Both the position numbers and the translations under genes were made by a program. Of a stretch of 64,000 nt of DNA, positions 1-13,261 are shown piece by piece; the first letter of the stretch is position 1; each line of letters starts with the position of its first letter. Source of the stretch: Octopus bimaculoides (lineage: Eukaryota); the NCBI RefSeq assembly GCF_001194135.2, contig NC_068982.1, forward strand, positions 14,798,525 to 14,862,524, in the 5' to 3' direction. The notes beneath the pieces were generated by a model. The model saw only the letters and a list, made by a program, of their open reading frames with translations, made no database searches and was not told the DNA's origin.

Positions 1-859
1 ACAACGCGGGTTGATGAACCGTAAGACGTGTGGCCAGAACCTCCTGGAAAATAACCATAGCGAGGGACATTCCACAGTTGAATTAGAACAGTCACAAACA
101 GTGAAAGAAGACATGCACCCAACACCAGAGCTGAAGACACCTCCGAAAGGGGGTGGCCCCGCCACGTCAAAACGGTAGAGGAGTAGGGGCCGAAACCGGA
201 CGTGGTTCCTCCTGATGATGTCTTGAGCTAACTGAATCCTATAAAGGAGCTGTTGTGGTAGCAGACCACGAAACATGGTTGAAATTCCTCGTTACATTCA
301 CTTTCGTTATATTTGTTGATAGTATTCCAAATCACAAAATGCAAAATATCCTCGTTTTATATTTACGACCTGGTCTCTGTCCATAATGATGCAGTAAAAA
401 TGTGTCTGTGACTAGGTCGTAAGACGGATAATGAAACTTTGGCACATTATGTAATCAAAGGATAAAACAAATGTGGATGAAATTGTAAGTTTGCTTCAAA
501 TGGCTAACATAAGCCTTCCACAACAAATTTCATTTTCCATTTACGATCTCAGATCAAGTCACTTACAAAGCAAGTCCATTTCCAAAAAAAATACGTTCTG
601 TAGCAATATTTTCGTAGCTGGCTGGATCGTTATGACAATATGTAAGCTTAAAGCATAATCCGAATAATCTGTTCCATTGAAGACATCCGACATTCTTGCA
701 AAACCAAGTCTCAGGTAGGTGGTATTGCGCTGAATGACATAGGTAGAAATCGTATTAGTGAACTGAAATAAGCCTTTTATATGGTGAAAAAGGGGGGAAA
801 AAAGTTAACAACATTTTAAAACGACTCTCAAAGGAAACTTATTATTTTGAACCCTTTTG

Positions 860-1264
860 GGTGATCTTTCGGTACGATTACCTAAATATCGGCCTTTTCC
901 GTAAAAAGTGTCTTCGGCGATCTTTACCAAAGATCTGCCTTTTCCGTAACACTCGCACGATCTTCACTACGTTGTTAGGGTTAGGGTTTTAGTGTGAGGG
1001 TTAGTGTTTAGGTTTAGGGTTACGGTTAGGGACGGAATTCCCTAACGCAAACCCTAAAACCCAAACCCTAACCGTAAACCTAACCCTAACCCTAACTCTA
1101 AACCCTTCAAAATAAATCGCTCTCTCTGTCTTTCGCTGTTATGACATCGTTTCCCTGTTTCTCTCCAACACTTTTTACGGAAAAGGCCGATCTTTCGTAA
1201 AGATCGCTGAAGACACTTTTTACAGAAAAGGCCGATATTTAGGTAATCGTACCGAAAGATCGCT
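860..1264. mobile_element. Merlin-like MITE with ~85-bp TIRs and inverted telomere-like core
   Basis: TIRs ggtgatctttcggtacgattacctaaatatcggcc... / ...gtaatcgtaccgaaagatcgct. 8-bp TSD cccttttg at 852-859 and 1265-1272. Core of TTAGGG-like then CCCTAA-like repeats. Superfamily is inferred from GG termini and TSD length. Confidence 0.75.
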
Positions 1265-1411
1265 CCCTTTTGATACTAACTCAATTTCAAGAAATCAAGG
1301 ATTATTTTAACAGAAAATATTTTTCATTGACGTGTTTCAGTGTTATTAAGTCTGATCATAAAATTATAATCATTTCGAATTTGCCATATCAGGCAAAATT
1401 TTTGGATCTTT

Positions 1412-1634
1412 AAGGCGGCGAGCTGGCAGAATCGTTAGCAAGCCGGGCGAAATGCTTAACAGTATTTCGTTTGTCTTTATGTTCTGAGTTCAAATTCCGC
1501 TGAAGTCGACTTTGCCTTTCATCCTTTCGGAGTCGATAAATTAAGTACCAGTTGCGTACAGGAGTCGATCTAATCGACTTGGCCCCCCTCCCTTCAAAAA
1601 ATTTCGGGCCTTGTGCCTAGAGTAAAAGAGAACA
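1412..1634 (+). mobile_element. tRNA-derived SINE family B (head ggcggcgagctggcagaatcg; central domain gtcgactttgcctttcatcctttcggggtcgataaa)
   Basis: B-box-like gagttcaaattcc; TSD tttttggatcttt on both sides. Many copies, e.g. 5279-5498(-), 6266-6470(+), 10045-10249(-), 28693-28925(-), 37540-37820(-). The central domain resembles the Meta-SINE domain from memory. Confidence 0.8.
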
Positions 1635-2299
1635 TTTTTTGGATCTTTGAAACAGAAAAGATCCATATTTTTCAAACAGAAAGCGATACACCTCTACCAG
1701 TAACAATTTGCATAATTGCACGCACGTACGCACACGCACACGCACATATACGAAATAGGCAAAAACAAATTCGTGAGGGTCAGAAACCTATAGCCAATGA
1801 GAACGCTTTAACGTGGTCACATGACCTACTAGAAACAGCAGCCAAACCTTACTCAAATCACACAAAGCAATGGTGCACATTAAATTATGTATTACTAGAT
1901 AGCCCTAAATAGGACGGGGACAGTTATAACAGAAATACTTTTGATCGTAAGTTCGGTCCATCAGTGTTGGCTTGGGGCTAAACAGCATCAGTGACAACTT
2001 AAAGCCCAGATGATTTTACCATACAAAAATGGCTTTTCCTCTCTTATGTAAGTACTGACAAATTTCCTATTACCTTTGAAGTCGTAAATATTTAGACCAC
2101 ATAAATGCAAACTGAAATAGAATGGCCTCGAGCAGAACGTTGACTGAAACATGAAAGATTCAATACTGACACAAAAAAACACCATATATCCGCATATCTG
2201 AGATATTTTCTCCGCTATCCCCATGCAACTGATCTACCCAAGTCGAACTAACAGAGATTACTCAATGCATATAACAAAGGAAAATATCTTCCATGACTA

Positions 2300-2509
2300 G
2301 GTACTACTAAAGCAGCACGGACCCGAACGCGCAGTCGCGCGTCCGCGCTAGCTAGTCTTGAGTGGTCGATCCTAACCCTAACCCTATCCCTAACCCGCGT
2401 GTGCAAATGAATACGTGTTTAGGGTTAGGGTTAGGGTTAGGATAGACCACTCACTAGCTAACGCGGACGCGCGACTGCGCGTTCGGGACCGTGCTGCTTT
2501 AGTAGTACC
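2300..2509. mobile_element. Merlin/MULE-like palindromic MITE with CCCTAA/TTAGGG core
   Basis: Near-perfect ~90-bp arms starting ggtactactaaagcagcacgg. Perfect 9-bp TSD ccatgacta at 2291-2299 and 2510-2518. Confidence 0.8.
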
Positions 2510-3406
2510 CCATGACTATATTGGCAGAATCGTTAGGACGTTGGCCAAAATGCCATTTACGATCCGGTCTCTTTTAAAGTTCTGAGATGAATTTCGCCTT
2601 TCATCTTTCCAACATCGATAAAGTAAAGAACCAGTCATGGGAAAGACTTCCTAGTCATGTACTGAGGCCGATACACTGTTGATAGGAATTGAATTCTAAT
2701 TCCCAACTTTGCTAATATACAATAATACGTAATTCGGCGATCCTTCGGTGTTCGTCTCCAGAATGTCAGCATGAGGAGAGACGTCCTTCACCCTCTTTTC
2801 AGCCTAAACTCTTTATGTCATGAGGGATGGTCGTGTGGGTGAATGACGTCGTCTTTCAACACCAAAAGATTGCCCGTAATTCGTTTAAACGTGGCAAAGC
2901 ACCTTTTAAAAGCGGATACTAATTTCAGTTCTTGATTGTAGCAAAGTCACTTCATAAGACGTGCATTTTAAACTTATCTCCTCTCTTTCAAAATATAGGG
3001 CCTTGACAAAAAAGAATGCCCTACGTATTTCTTTTAGTATTTTACACATTAAAAGAAAAGAAGGTTGGCAGGAAAAAAAAAACACTCGTGTCTTACAGTT
3101 TTCTGTCTCATCTTTCAAAGATGGCATAAAATTTACATCTCATTCTACAACGGCTGAAAAAAAAAAACGAGAACTAAAATATTTGGTTAACATACAGTTT
3201 ACTGTTGTAAAATAGTGAAACCGGAAGGAGATCCCTTAATTTCATGTAACCAGTATATATATTTTATATAAGATGAAAACAATCGCTTTTACAGGAATGC
3301 ATAAGCCATTGATGCACGAAATTAGATTCGTGAATAGTTTTTCACGATCCCGAAATTTGTTTCGCCACACACGCTCATGGAGATATAATGTAAATAGATC
3401 ATTACT

Positions 3407-3790
3407 GTGGCTGTGTGGTAAGTAGCTTGCTTACGAACCACATGGTTCCGGGTTCAGTCCCACTGCGTGGCACCTTGGGCAAGTGTCTTATACTATAGCC
3501 GCGGGCCGACCAAAGCCTTGTGAGTGGATTTGGTAGACGGAAACTGAAAGAAGCCCGTCGTATATATGTATATATGTGTGTGTATATATATGTTTGTGTG
3601 TGTCCCCCAACATGACAACCGATGCTGGTGTGTTTACGTCCCCGTAACTTAGCGGTTCGGCAAAAGAGACCGATAGAATAAATACTAGGCTTACAAAGAA
3701 TAAGTCCTGGGGTCGATTTGCTCGACTAAAGGTGGTGCTCCAGCATGGCCACAGTCAAATGACTGAAACAAGTAAAAGAGAGTAAAAGAG
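3407..3790 (+). mobile_element. tRNA-derived SINE family A, CORE-like, with internal (TA)n/(TG)n and (GTAAAAGA)n tail
   Basis: gtggctgtgtggtaag...ggttcagtcccac (A/B boxes) and ccttgggcaagtgtc (CORE-like). Other copies at 7965-8344(+), 14771-15110(-), 33830-34191(+), 52673-53023(+), 28455-28640(-), 6742-6895(-). Confidence 0.8.
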
Positions 3791-4208
3791 TCCCACATCG
3801 CCGCCTAAATTTCTTCTTGGCGAGCATCCAACGCCTTCCTATTGCATGTGTATGGATGTTGTCACCGTTTGGGTCAGCGAAGTTCAGTGAATGATTGACC
3901 TACGTCTATTGCCTACCCATTGAATATCAAACGTGTTTTATGAAATTATATGTCACTGTCGTCATTTCCACTTTCTGACGCAATTTACTTTCATTTTTAA
4001 GGACAATTTACTTTCACTTTTTGATGACAGTAAACTGCATGTTAGCCAAAAATTGTAGGATTTTTCATTATAGTACTTGTAACCCTTAGTCTATTTTAAA
4101 GAAATCCATATTTTAGATATAACGGAAAACCGATTGCTGTATAAATGAGATTTAATTCTATTTCAATCCAACCATCTAACGTTCATGACAAGAACAACAA
4201 CAGTCTAA

Positions 4209-4251
<43 letters not shown>

Positions 4252-5647
4252 ACTCACTTACACGCGCGCCCAATTGGACTTTAAATCACAGCATTCTTCA
4301 ATTATGAAATAATCTTGCTGTTTATAGCGGTGAATTGGACCGGACCAATGTCAGCTAGACGTATTGACTCGACGAAGAATGAATCATGGAATGGCTCTGT
4401 TGCAAGTGGTAAAATTGATTTACTACATAAAGATGGGACAAAGCCATAAATTTGTAGAGGACGGCGAATATATTTCCGTGAAGTGTTTTTTTGTTGTTTC
4501 TTTTGTTTTTGTTTTTTTCCTACGGATACAATTAAATGGGGATCACAACCATGTCGTGGATTAAGGTTAGCAAATATTTATCTTCAGTGTTTTGATCAGT
4601 AAAAGCTCTTGATAATTATTTCTTACATTGTCAGGACATCTGAGAGTTGCAGAAAAGTAAAAGCAAACGTTAAGATCATTAGTGGCAGATACAAGACTCG
4701 AAAGCGAGTTGTTGGCTCAGTTTATATCGCTAATGATCAGACAACGAGGATGAAGAGAAAATGTATTTCCGTATCACATCCCGTTTAGTTTTCAGTTCAA
4801 ATGGATGCAAAGTAAACTTCGTCTTATACCCACCCTCTCTCCGGGATCGATATAAATATAGAGAATCGATTTAATCGACTCTCTAAAAATTACCATGGCT
4901 TTGTTTCTGATCAAAAGAAATCGATGATTAACGATAAAAAGAAATCTCCTTTGTGTAATTTTATTTTACTCTCGGATGTAGTTGATGCAGCAAGTCTAAA
5001 TTCAATCCGAAACACTTCTTAAGCTACTTCAACAAAACAAAACTAGCCAATGAGGAAGCTTTGTTGTGGATGTTTAACCTAGTTGAAATGGCACCAAAAT
5101 CTCCCTAAAATAAAGTCTCATACAAAAACGAAAAACATTAATACTGTTCTGGATAACTGTTTGGGTATAAGATGGATGGTCATGCCTAGAATGACAATCT
5201 CATCTTGATTCTTCAGCTAAATGAAAGCGGATGAAGGGCTAAAGGGCAAAAATGACGTGTGTGTTTGTATGAAGGTAATAATCTTTTCTATTAAAGGCAC
5301 AAGGCCTGAAATTTGGGGGAGGAGGGAGGGGCCAGTCAATTAGATCGACCCAGTACACAACTGGTTCTTAATTTATCGACCCTGAAAGGATGAAAGGCGA
5401 AGTCGACCACGGCAGAATTTGAACTCAGAACGTAACGGCAGACGAAATACCGCTAAGCATTTCGCCCGGTGTGTTAACCATTCTGCCAGCTCGCCGCCTT
5501 TGAATGAAAGTAATCGTGGCGGTGACCTGTAATAAAGTCACAATAATAACGTCACAATTTTGGCTAGGGAAAAAGTCACAATTAATTTATGGGATCCGGA
5601 CAAAATACCCCCGGGCAAAACCCCTGTGACTTTTTTGCCCGGGACTT

Positions 5648-6227
5648 GGATCTTTTTTAAAACGGGGGCCACATTTTTCATTAACGAAACACTTTGAAAC
5701 TTGGAACACTGGTAGAATGTGTCATATAAAACATCTTTTTCTCTTAGTCTTCTTAAAAAAGAAAAGAAATCCCTAAGTTATTCCATGTTAAAGTTGTCGT
5801 ATTTCTGTAATTTCAACCAATCACTGACGTCCATTCAGCCGATATACATTAAGTGCCGACTACATAAACAAACGATTCTGAAACAATTCTATCGGTGATA
5901 GGGTTAGGGTTAGGGTAAAACAGCAAATTTAAAAAGAAAAAAGCAAATAAAACGAAGAAAAAAAAAAGGAAATGAAAAAAGCAAATAAAACGAAGCTATG
6001 GCTTAATCAGCCAAAGGAGTAAATATAAACAACTGAATACTTGTCAGTGATTGGTTGAAATTATCGAAATAAGACAATTTTTTACATGAAATAAATTCGA
6101 ATACAAAAATATTTTTCTGTTCTATAACACAAAATAGATAAGTATACGAAGTTTGAAAGTCTTTCGGTACCAAAAACACTACGTAAAACATTAATGAACA
6201 ATGTGGCCCCCGTTTTAAAAAAGATCC
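5648..6227. mobile_element. Merlin-like non-autonomous element nested in a smaller palindromic element
   Basis: TIRs ggatcttttttaaaacgggggccacat / atgtggcccccgttttaaaaaagatcc. 8-bp TSD cgggactt at 5640-5647 and 6228-6235. Internal inverted segment tttcaaccaatcactgac / gtcagtgattggttgaaa; central tagggttagggttagggt. Confidence 0.75.
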
Positions 6228-6896
6228 CGGGACTTTTTTACCTGGATTCATAATGGCATATATAAGGCGGTGAGCTGGTAGAATCGTTAGCACGCTGGGC
6301 AGAATTCTTTACGTTCTGAGTTCAAATTCCACCTAGGAATTCGTCTTTCTTCCTTTCGAAGTTGATAAAATAAGTATTAGTTAAGCACTGGGGCCGACGT
6401 AATTGAGTATTCCCCTCTTCCAAAATTTCAGGTCTCGTGTCTATAGTAGACAGGATTATTACTATTAAGTTAGAGGGGGAAAAATCATGGTGGAGACGAA
6501 ATGGCACAAATGGTAAAAATATGAAATAAAAGCACAACAAAAGAAAACGTAATTGAATTTAGCTTGAACAAAGAGAAGTAATTAAAGATCTTAGTATTAT
6601 TAAGATTAATTGGTTCATAATTACTTGAATAAGATCAATTACTTTTAATTTGTTGAGCCACTATTTCCCATTTGGCGCCTTTTTTACCAGTGCCAATTTT
6701 ACAAATTATTATCGCGTACCGTATGTGTGTGTGTGTGTTACTTTCCTTTTACTTGCTTCAGTCATTGGACTGCGACCATGCCGAGGCACCGACTTGAAGG
6801 GTTTAGTCAAACAAATCGACCTCTGTCGAACCGGTAGGTTATGAAAGAGTAGAGAAACCAACACTTGTCAAACGATGTGGGCGGGTGGGGACCAAC

Positions 6897-6977
6897 GGTG
6901 AAGGTAAAGAATACGCACACCCAGCTTTTAGTGTTACGGTTAGGGTTAAGGTTTAGGGTTAGGGTTACGCCGAAAAC
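6897..6977. mobile_element. One-armed copy of the MITE family at 21583, with TTAGGG-like repeats, inside a SINE tail
   Basis: ggtgaaggtaaagaatacgcacacc...gggttacgccgaaaac matches 21583-21674. The right TIR is missing. Confidence 0.6.
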
Positions 6978-8533
6978 ATAGATACGCACACAGAGTTTCG
7001 TCTTAAGACATGGTCACACTGGGCAGTTACTCGGGGTCCTCACGGGCTTTGGGGACCCCATTCTAATCTATGTACGCTATGGCTTGCTGTATATATAAAT
7101 ATATACTATAGGACCAGTGCATTGATTCGCTTAGAGGCCTCACGGGTCTAGGGAACCAATTCTGATTTCTGTATGCTGTGGTTTGGTGTCAGTAAGCCAA
7201 TACTGTTAACGCTAGTGCATTGATTTGCCCCGGGTCTTGTAAGACAACTCTGCGTGCGCGCGCACACATACACATGTGCATTCATACATCCACGCATGTA
7301 TACGTGCATGACGAACTATTATACAGTTTCCCCTCTTCAAATTCAGGCAAAGCATTGGTCAGCTTGAAGATACAGCAGATTTCCCAAGATGTCACATAGT
7401 GAGACTGAACCGAAACGCCATGGTTGCGAGATATAATTCTTAATCACCCCCCCCCACACACACACACACGTACTGTAATTTTAGAACATGAGTTTCCATC
7501 ATCCGTAATAATTAATCAAAAATTAAAATCACCGGTGAATAAGACACTTGCGAACTGAGTTCGCTACTCAGTTTTGATTCTCTCTGGAACCATTGCCTGC
7601 CATGTGTCCCATTTGGGGATCTGCTAAAAACAGTCTCACTGCCAGTTGTCCATTGTATTTAAAGTGAATTGCTTATATACATTGCATTTGCAGAGGTGGG
7701 TTTAACAATATTTCGTAGTTAAAGTTTGTCATTATTAGCTCTGGCTAATTCTAGAGGACATTTTGAACTACAAAAATAGTGACTGTTTTGAAAACTTTTT
7801 TTTTTTTTTGCATTTTCCATGTGTCATTCATTGATATCTCATATACTTCGTATTTGATACTATAGTTACAAAATAACTAAAATGTTTATTATTGCAATTG
7901 AATAGAAAAGGATAAATATACGATCCCCATTTGGGACTTTTCGAAAAATTTATCATAATTCATAGGCGCAGGAGTGGCTGTGTGGTAAGTAGCTTGCTCA
8001 CCAATCACATGGTTCCGAGTTCAGTCCCAATGTGTGGCACTTTGGGCAAGTATCTTCTACTATAGCCTCGCGCCGACCAAAGCCTTGTGAGTGGATTTTG
8101 TAGGCGGAAACTGAAAGAAGACCGTCGTATATATGTATATGTGTTTGTGTGTCTGTGTTTGTACCCCCATCATCGCTTGACAACCGATGCTGGTATGTTT
8201 ACGTCCCCGGTTCGGCAAAAGAGACCGATAGAATTAGTACTAGGCTTACAAAGAATAAGTCCTGGAGTCGATTTGTTCGACTAAAGGCGGTGCTCCAGCA
8301 TGGCCGTAGTCAAATGACTGAAACAAGTAAAAGAGTAAAGAGTAATTTCCCAAATAATTCACATATGAAGAAAGTTTAAATATTATATATTCTTTTAACT
8401 CCTAAGACACCTGGCAAAGCCAAAAAAAATATGAATAAAAAAATCTGGCATTTGATGGGTTAAGAGAGGGCACATCAGTACGCTGCTGTTTTCTGCGATA
8501 TCATAATAATTCATATTAGCTTCACTTGAATGA

Positions 8534-8763
8534 NNNNNNNNNNNNNNNNNNNNNNNNNNNNNNNNNNNNNNNNNNNNNNNNNNNNNNNNNNNNNNNNNNN
8601 NNNNNNNNNNNNNNNNNNNNNNNNNNNNNNNNNNNNNNNNNNNNNNNNNNNNNNNNNNNNNNNNNNNNNNNNNNNNNNNNNNNNNNNNNNNNNNNNNNNN
8701 NNNNNNNNNNNNNNNNNNNNNNNNNNNNNNNNNNNNNNNNNNNNNNNNNNNNNNNNNNNNNNN
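8534..8763. other. Assembly gap (others at 12023-12334, 19122-19379, 25706-25854, 31197-31588, 40065-40237, 49369-49432, 55169-55391, 58273-59010)
   Basis: Runs of N. Confidence 1.
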
Positions 8764-8897
8764 TTATTATTAGGGTGTCACTGGTGCTCATTTTCAGCTG
8801 ATCGCAACAGGAAATGAAACGCTTGACTCACCGCCCGGTCTAAGAATCAAACCCACGATCTAACGACTTAACGTTCCTAATTACTAAGCTATGTGCC

Positions 8898-9740
8898 TTT
8901 TTTTTTTTTTTTACTACAGGCGTATGCTCAGGGCAGACCCGTTCACCTGTACCATTCTCGCCACTTTCATCCACCTTTCAGCAAATTGGCTAGAAGACAA
9001 CACTTCCCTCTCTGCCCTTATTTTCTTTATCAAGTTGATCAGGGATTGGCCAAAGAGAAAAAGTGTTTGTCTTCAGCCCCTTCTTTCGCCATGATTACCA
9101 GACATATAAACACAGCTTTTCCTTCTTGGTTAAAGGAAGGCGGTGGAGCGATCTTAACGATGGATTCAGTTGACAGCCGGATCCGTCCCACACGCGACAG
9201 CAGGTGTTCGACATAAACCCACAGATCAGCAATGCTCGGGCACTGGACGAGTACATGCAGGACCATCTCGTCGTCTTGCGCGCATCTCGGACATGCTCAG
9301 CTGACGGCACCTCCGTGCCTGTAAAGTTTATCTCGAACAGGCTAGATCCCCGGTAGCACTGCCAGGCCAGAAATTTTTGGAAATTATCCATCGATCCCGG
9401 GCCGAAAGTTCTCCGGAAAAGAGCGACTAGCTGATCTTCTTCAACGCCCACACTGTCCGATTGGCTGAGGGCTGTGAACACTTGAAGACATTTCACTTTT
9501 CAAATACTCCCCCTCGGTCTCTGTTTTATTCAAGACTGTAGCTTCTTTAAAGAAACTAGCTGCGGAAATACGTGTCTGGCGAACGGCGACTACACTTGTT
9601 CACCGTCAAAGAAGCACTGGAAATGTCGTAGTCTCAGTGCATGTCTGAGCATCATCAACCACGGCATGCCCAGACCACAACTCAGGTTGACAACAGGTAG
9701 ACCGCCTGACCATCGGGGCGCGTCCCTTCCACAAGAAGCA
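8898..9740 (-). mobile_element. 5'-truncated Tx1/L1-clade LINE, 3' end with poly(A)
   Basis: Frameshifted minus-strand translation gives FLWKGRAPMVRRS..GLGMPWL, AWQCYRG, a CPRC..HVLVQC zinc-knuckle region and KIRAEREVLSSSQFAERW. Poly(T) on + strand at 8898-8912. Confidence 0.8.
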
Positions 9741-10273
9741 GAAGAGTACGCAACTGGTTCTTAAATTACCAACCCCGAAAGGATGAAAGGCAAAGACGAC
9801 CTCGGTGGAATTTGAACTGAAAACGGAGCAACGGGCGAAATGCCTAGCGGTATTTCGTCTGCCGTTACATTCTGAGTTCAAATTCCGCCGAGGTCGACTT
9901 TGCCTTTCATCCTTTCGGAGTTGATTAAATAAGTACCAGTTAATCACTGGGAGTCGATGTAATCGACTTAATCCTCTTATCTGCCCTTGTTTGTCCCTCT
10001 ATGTTTAGCCATGTGGGCAATAAAGAAATAAATTATTTATTTCAAATTTTTGCTACAAGGTCAGCTTGGGAGAGGTGGGGATGTGCTGATTATATCGACC
10101 CCAGTGTTCAACTGATATCTATTTTATCCATCTCGAAAAGATGAAAGGCAAAGTTGACCTTGGCGGAATTTGAACTCAGAACGTAACGACGGGCGAAATA
10201 CCGCTAAGCATTTCGTCTAGCGTGCTAACGTTTCTGCCAGCTCGCCGCCATAAAAAAAAAAATAATAATAATG

Positions 10274-10304
<31 letters not shown>

Positions 10305-12334
10305 TGATAATAATTAGTACTGTTACAAAAGGTTTGCCTTCTTGATACGGCCAGAATAATCAGGAAAATATTAGATTGCTGAAAAGAACGGATAGTATGT
10401 TACAGGTAGCAAGCCCGCTACATATGCAAGACTCCAGGAGCTCCAACAAAACATGTGACAAAGAGAGAAAAAAATAAAAATAAAAATAATAATAATAATA
10501 ATTTGAGCAAAAAAAAAACTGCGTGTTTATTGTTGGCATATCTACCCGAGACTAATATTAATTTTCTGTTTTAGCCTGTTTAACAAAAGTAGTCATAAGC
10601 TTTGAATTGTTCCCACCCCAACACACACACCAAAAAAAGCAACCACTTTTATCGAGTATTTTGAGTTCCCGATGTTCGCATTGTTTCTACGCTCCATAAA
10701 CATAGAAGACTGTGCTTAGTCAACGCGAAGTAATTGTAATGAAATTTTAATGAAGAATATTTGGTTTCAATTATTCGAAAATGCTTTCGAGTATTAAGAT
10801 TTTGCTCATCTGTTTTTTTTTTTTAATTAATTTTGAGTCGTCTCATTTATTATTTATAATTCCTTATATCACGCATATGATCGTAATATGTTGAAGAAAT
10901 GAAAAAAAAAAGTTATGTATGAATAAAGTGCTGGATTTTAACCTAAAATGTTAGGAACACAGCTGCTTCAGCAGTAATATTTGATTTATCTCCCTTGCAT
11001 AAGCAACTTTTATCTTTTACTGAATATTGTGGCTGACAGCACTGAGCTGATCTAAATGAATTTTTGCTATATAACATGTCCTGAGTTCAAATCTCTCTAA
11101 GCTAGACTTTTCTCTTTAGCCTTCGGGGCTTGATAAGAAAAGAAGCATTAACCGTATATGCATTAATTGCATATAATTCTCACTTCAATAATTAGTAACA
11201 TGGCACCAAGTTAAAGAATTTTATTTCTTTCCTTTTTGTTTTATCTAATTATTGCTGTTGTTTAACCCCAGGTTAATATTGATTGAGCAGGTCTACCATC
11301 AAAGTCTTTCTATCCTTGACTACCCCGTCTTTCTTTGCCTTTTCATTTGAGTGCTATTTTATGGGGAAGCTTCTTCATTTTATTTTTTTTTCTTTAATCA
11401 TTATATTCAAAGGACCATCATATAGATTTGTTTTATTTTACTCGTGAAATTAATTATTATATCTACTTAAAACTTATCATTTGTTACGTCCAGATTTATA
11501 TTTCTCCCCTGTCATAAGTAACGTAATTAAAGTGATACCAGAGATAATCTATCTATTTACAAGCATTAGAGCAAGATATGAGAGAGCCGAGATTTTGACG
11601 TAATTCGAATGCTATTTCAATTCACATACGACTCTAAAGTCCACGAGAGAAAGCCATCACCAACATTACATAATCTAACGGTAAAAATGAGGACTGGCTC
11701 AATGTTTTGATTTTTTTTTTTTTTAAACCGAGATTATCATTCGATTCTGTCAGAGGTCAACTTTTCTCTTTTTCTGTTAGGAAAAATCTTTAAAAATTAT
11801 CAGTATTTTACTGACTTCGATCCATTTAATATTTCTCCTTCAATTAAATATTTTGAGATTTAAAAAGTCAACAGAAACTCCTCGTTACATACTGTTTCAA
11901 GTTGTTTAACCCCCAAAACATCTGATCGAGCAAATCTATTGATCAAAAGCATTTTCAGTCAAGACTATGTACATATTCAAATTTAGAACTACATTGTTCA
12001 GTGTTTAAATATATATATATATNNNNNNNNNNNNNNNNNNNNNNNNNNNNNNNNNNNNNNNNNNNNNNNNNNNNNNNNNNNNNNNNNNNNNNNNNNNNNN
12101 NNNNNNNNNNNNNNNNNNNNNNNNNNNNNNNNNNNNNNNNNNNNNNNNNNNNNNNNNNNNNNNNNNNNNNNNNNNNNNNNNNNNNNNNNNNNNNNNNNNN
12201 NNNNNNNNNNNNNNNNNNNNNNNNNNNNNNNNNNNNNNNNNNNNNNNNNNNNNNNNNNNNNNNNNNNNNNNNNNNNNNNNNNNNNNNNNNNNNNNNNNNN
12301 NNNNNNNNNNNNNNNNNNNNNNNNNNNNNNNNNN

Positions 12335-12553
12335 GTTGCCAGTACCGCCTGACTGGCCTTCGTGCCGGTGGCATGTAAAAGCACCCACTACACTCTCGGA
12401 GTAGTTGGTGTTAGGAAGGGCATCCAGCTGTAGAAACTCTGCCAGATCAGATTGGAGCCTGGTGTAGCCATCTGGTTCACCAGTCCTCAGTCAAATCGTC
12501 CAACCCATACTAGCATGGAAAGCGGACGTTAAACGATGATGATGATGATGATA
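12335..12553 (+). mobile_element. RTE 3' UTR/tail (continues into the upstream gap)
   Basis: gttgccagtaccgcc...gcacccactacactctcggag...cggacgttaaacgatgatgatg. Older tail-only copies at ~39242-39445, 41870-42125, 51768-51945 and 62655-62930 (all minus). Confidence 0.75.
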
Positions 12554-13261
12554 TAAACGGTAAAATATGATTTTAAGGAGATTTAGCTGATATTTCTAAC
12601 AGGGTTTGCGAACACGTAAGAGGGTCTCTCGTTACACTGAATAATTCCAACAAACTTCAAGTTTCAAGCCGTTACTTATCACGTTGATCGAGAGATTGCT
12701 ATTGAACTAATGGATTGAGTGATGAAATTTTTTTATGCATGTGATAGATTTCCGCAGTAGATATTATTCATATTTGCTCGATGTAATTCAGTCATTTAAA
12801 AATAAAATAATTTGATTGAGTAGATCTTATGACCAGACCTGTTTTAGCGATAACCATTCATCTTTTTCGTAGTTGTAGTATATATATTTATTTATATTAT
12901 CTAATGTGTCCTTTTTTACGATGACAGAATATGATTTGAGTGAAATTTGATCGGTATTCCTAGAAAATCTCTGCTAACAAAGGAACTTTATTGGCTTTTG
13001 TTGGCTTGATGAAGCTTTATAAATTCTAGTCACAGCTTACGCTGGTTGTAGTTATCTCCCTTTAAACTATCCGGCTTAAAGTAGAGGCTGGCTTTAAGGA
13101 TATTTTACTACACTCTTAGCAAAAGGACCGAGAAGCGACGACTTCGTTATAATTTAGAAATCTATATTTATGATCATTATTTAAGAATATATTTGAGAAA
13201 ATTCCAAATGATTGCAAGATATTTCGTTCGTTTATCTTTCTTTTTTATTTTTCATGAACTA

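Noticed and set aside
960-1105. Telomere or chromosome-fusion site suggested by inverted TTAGGG/CCCTAA
   Set aside because: The repeats are short, degenerate and enclosed by TIRs with a TSD, so a transposon explains them.
7606-7937. 16-bp inverted repeat gtcccatttggggatc / gatccccatttgggac
   Set aside because: No TSD or second copy is visible, so an element cannot be defined.
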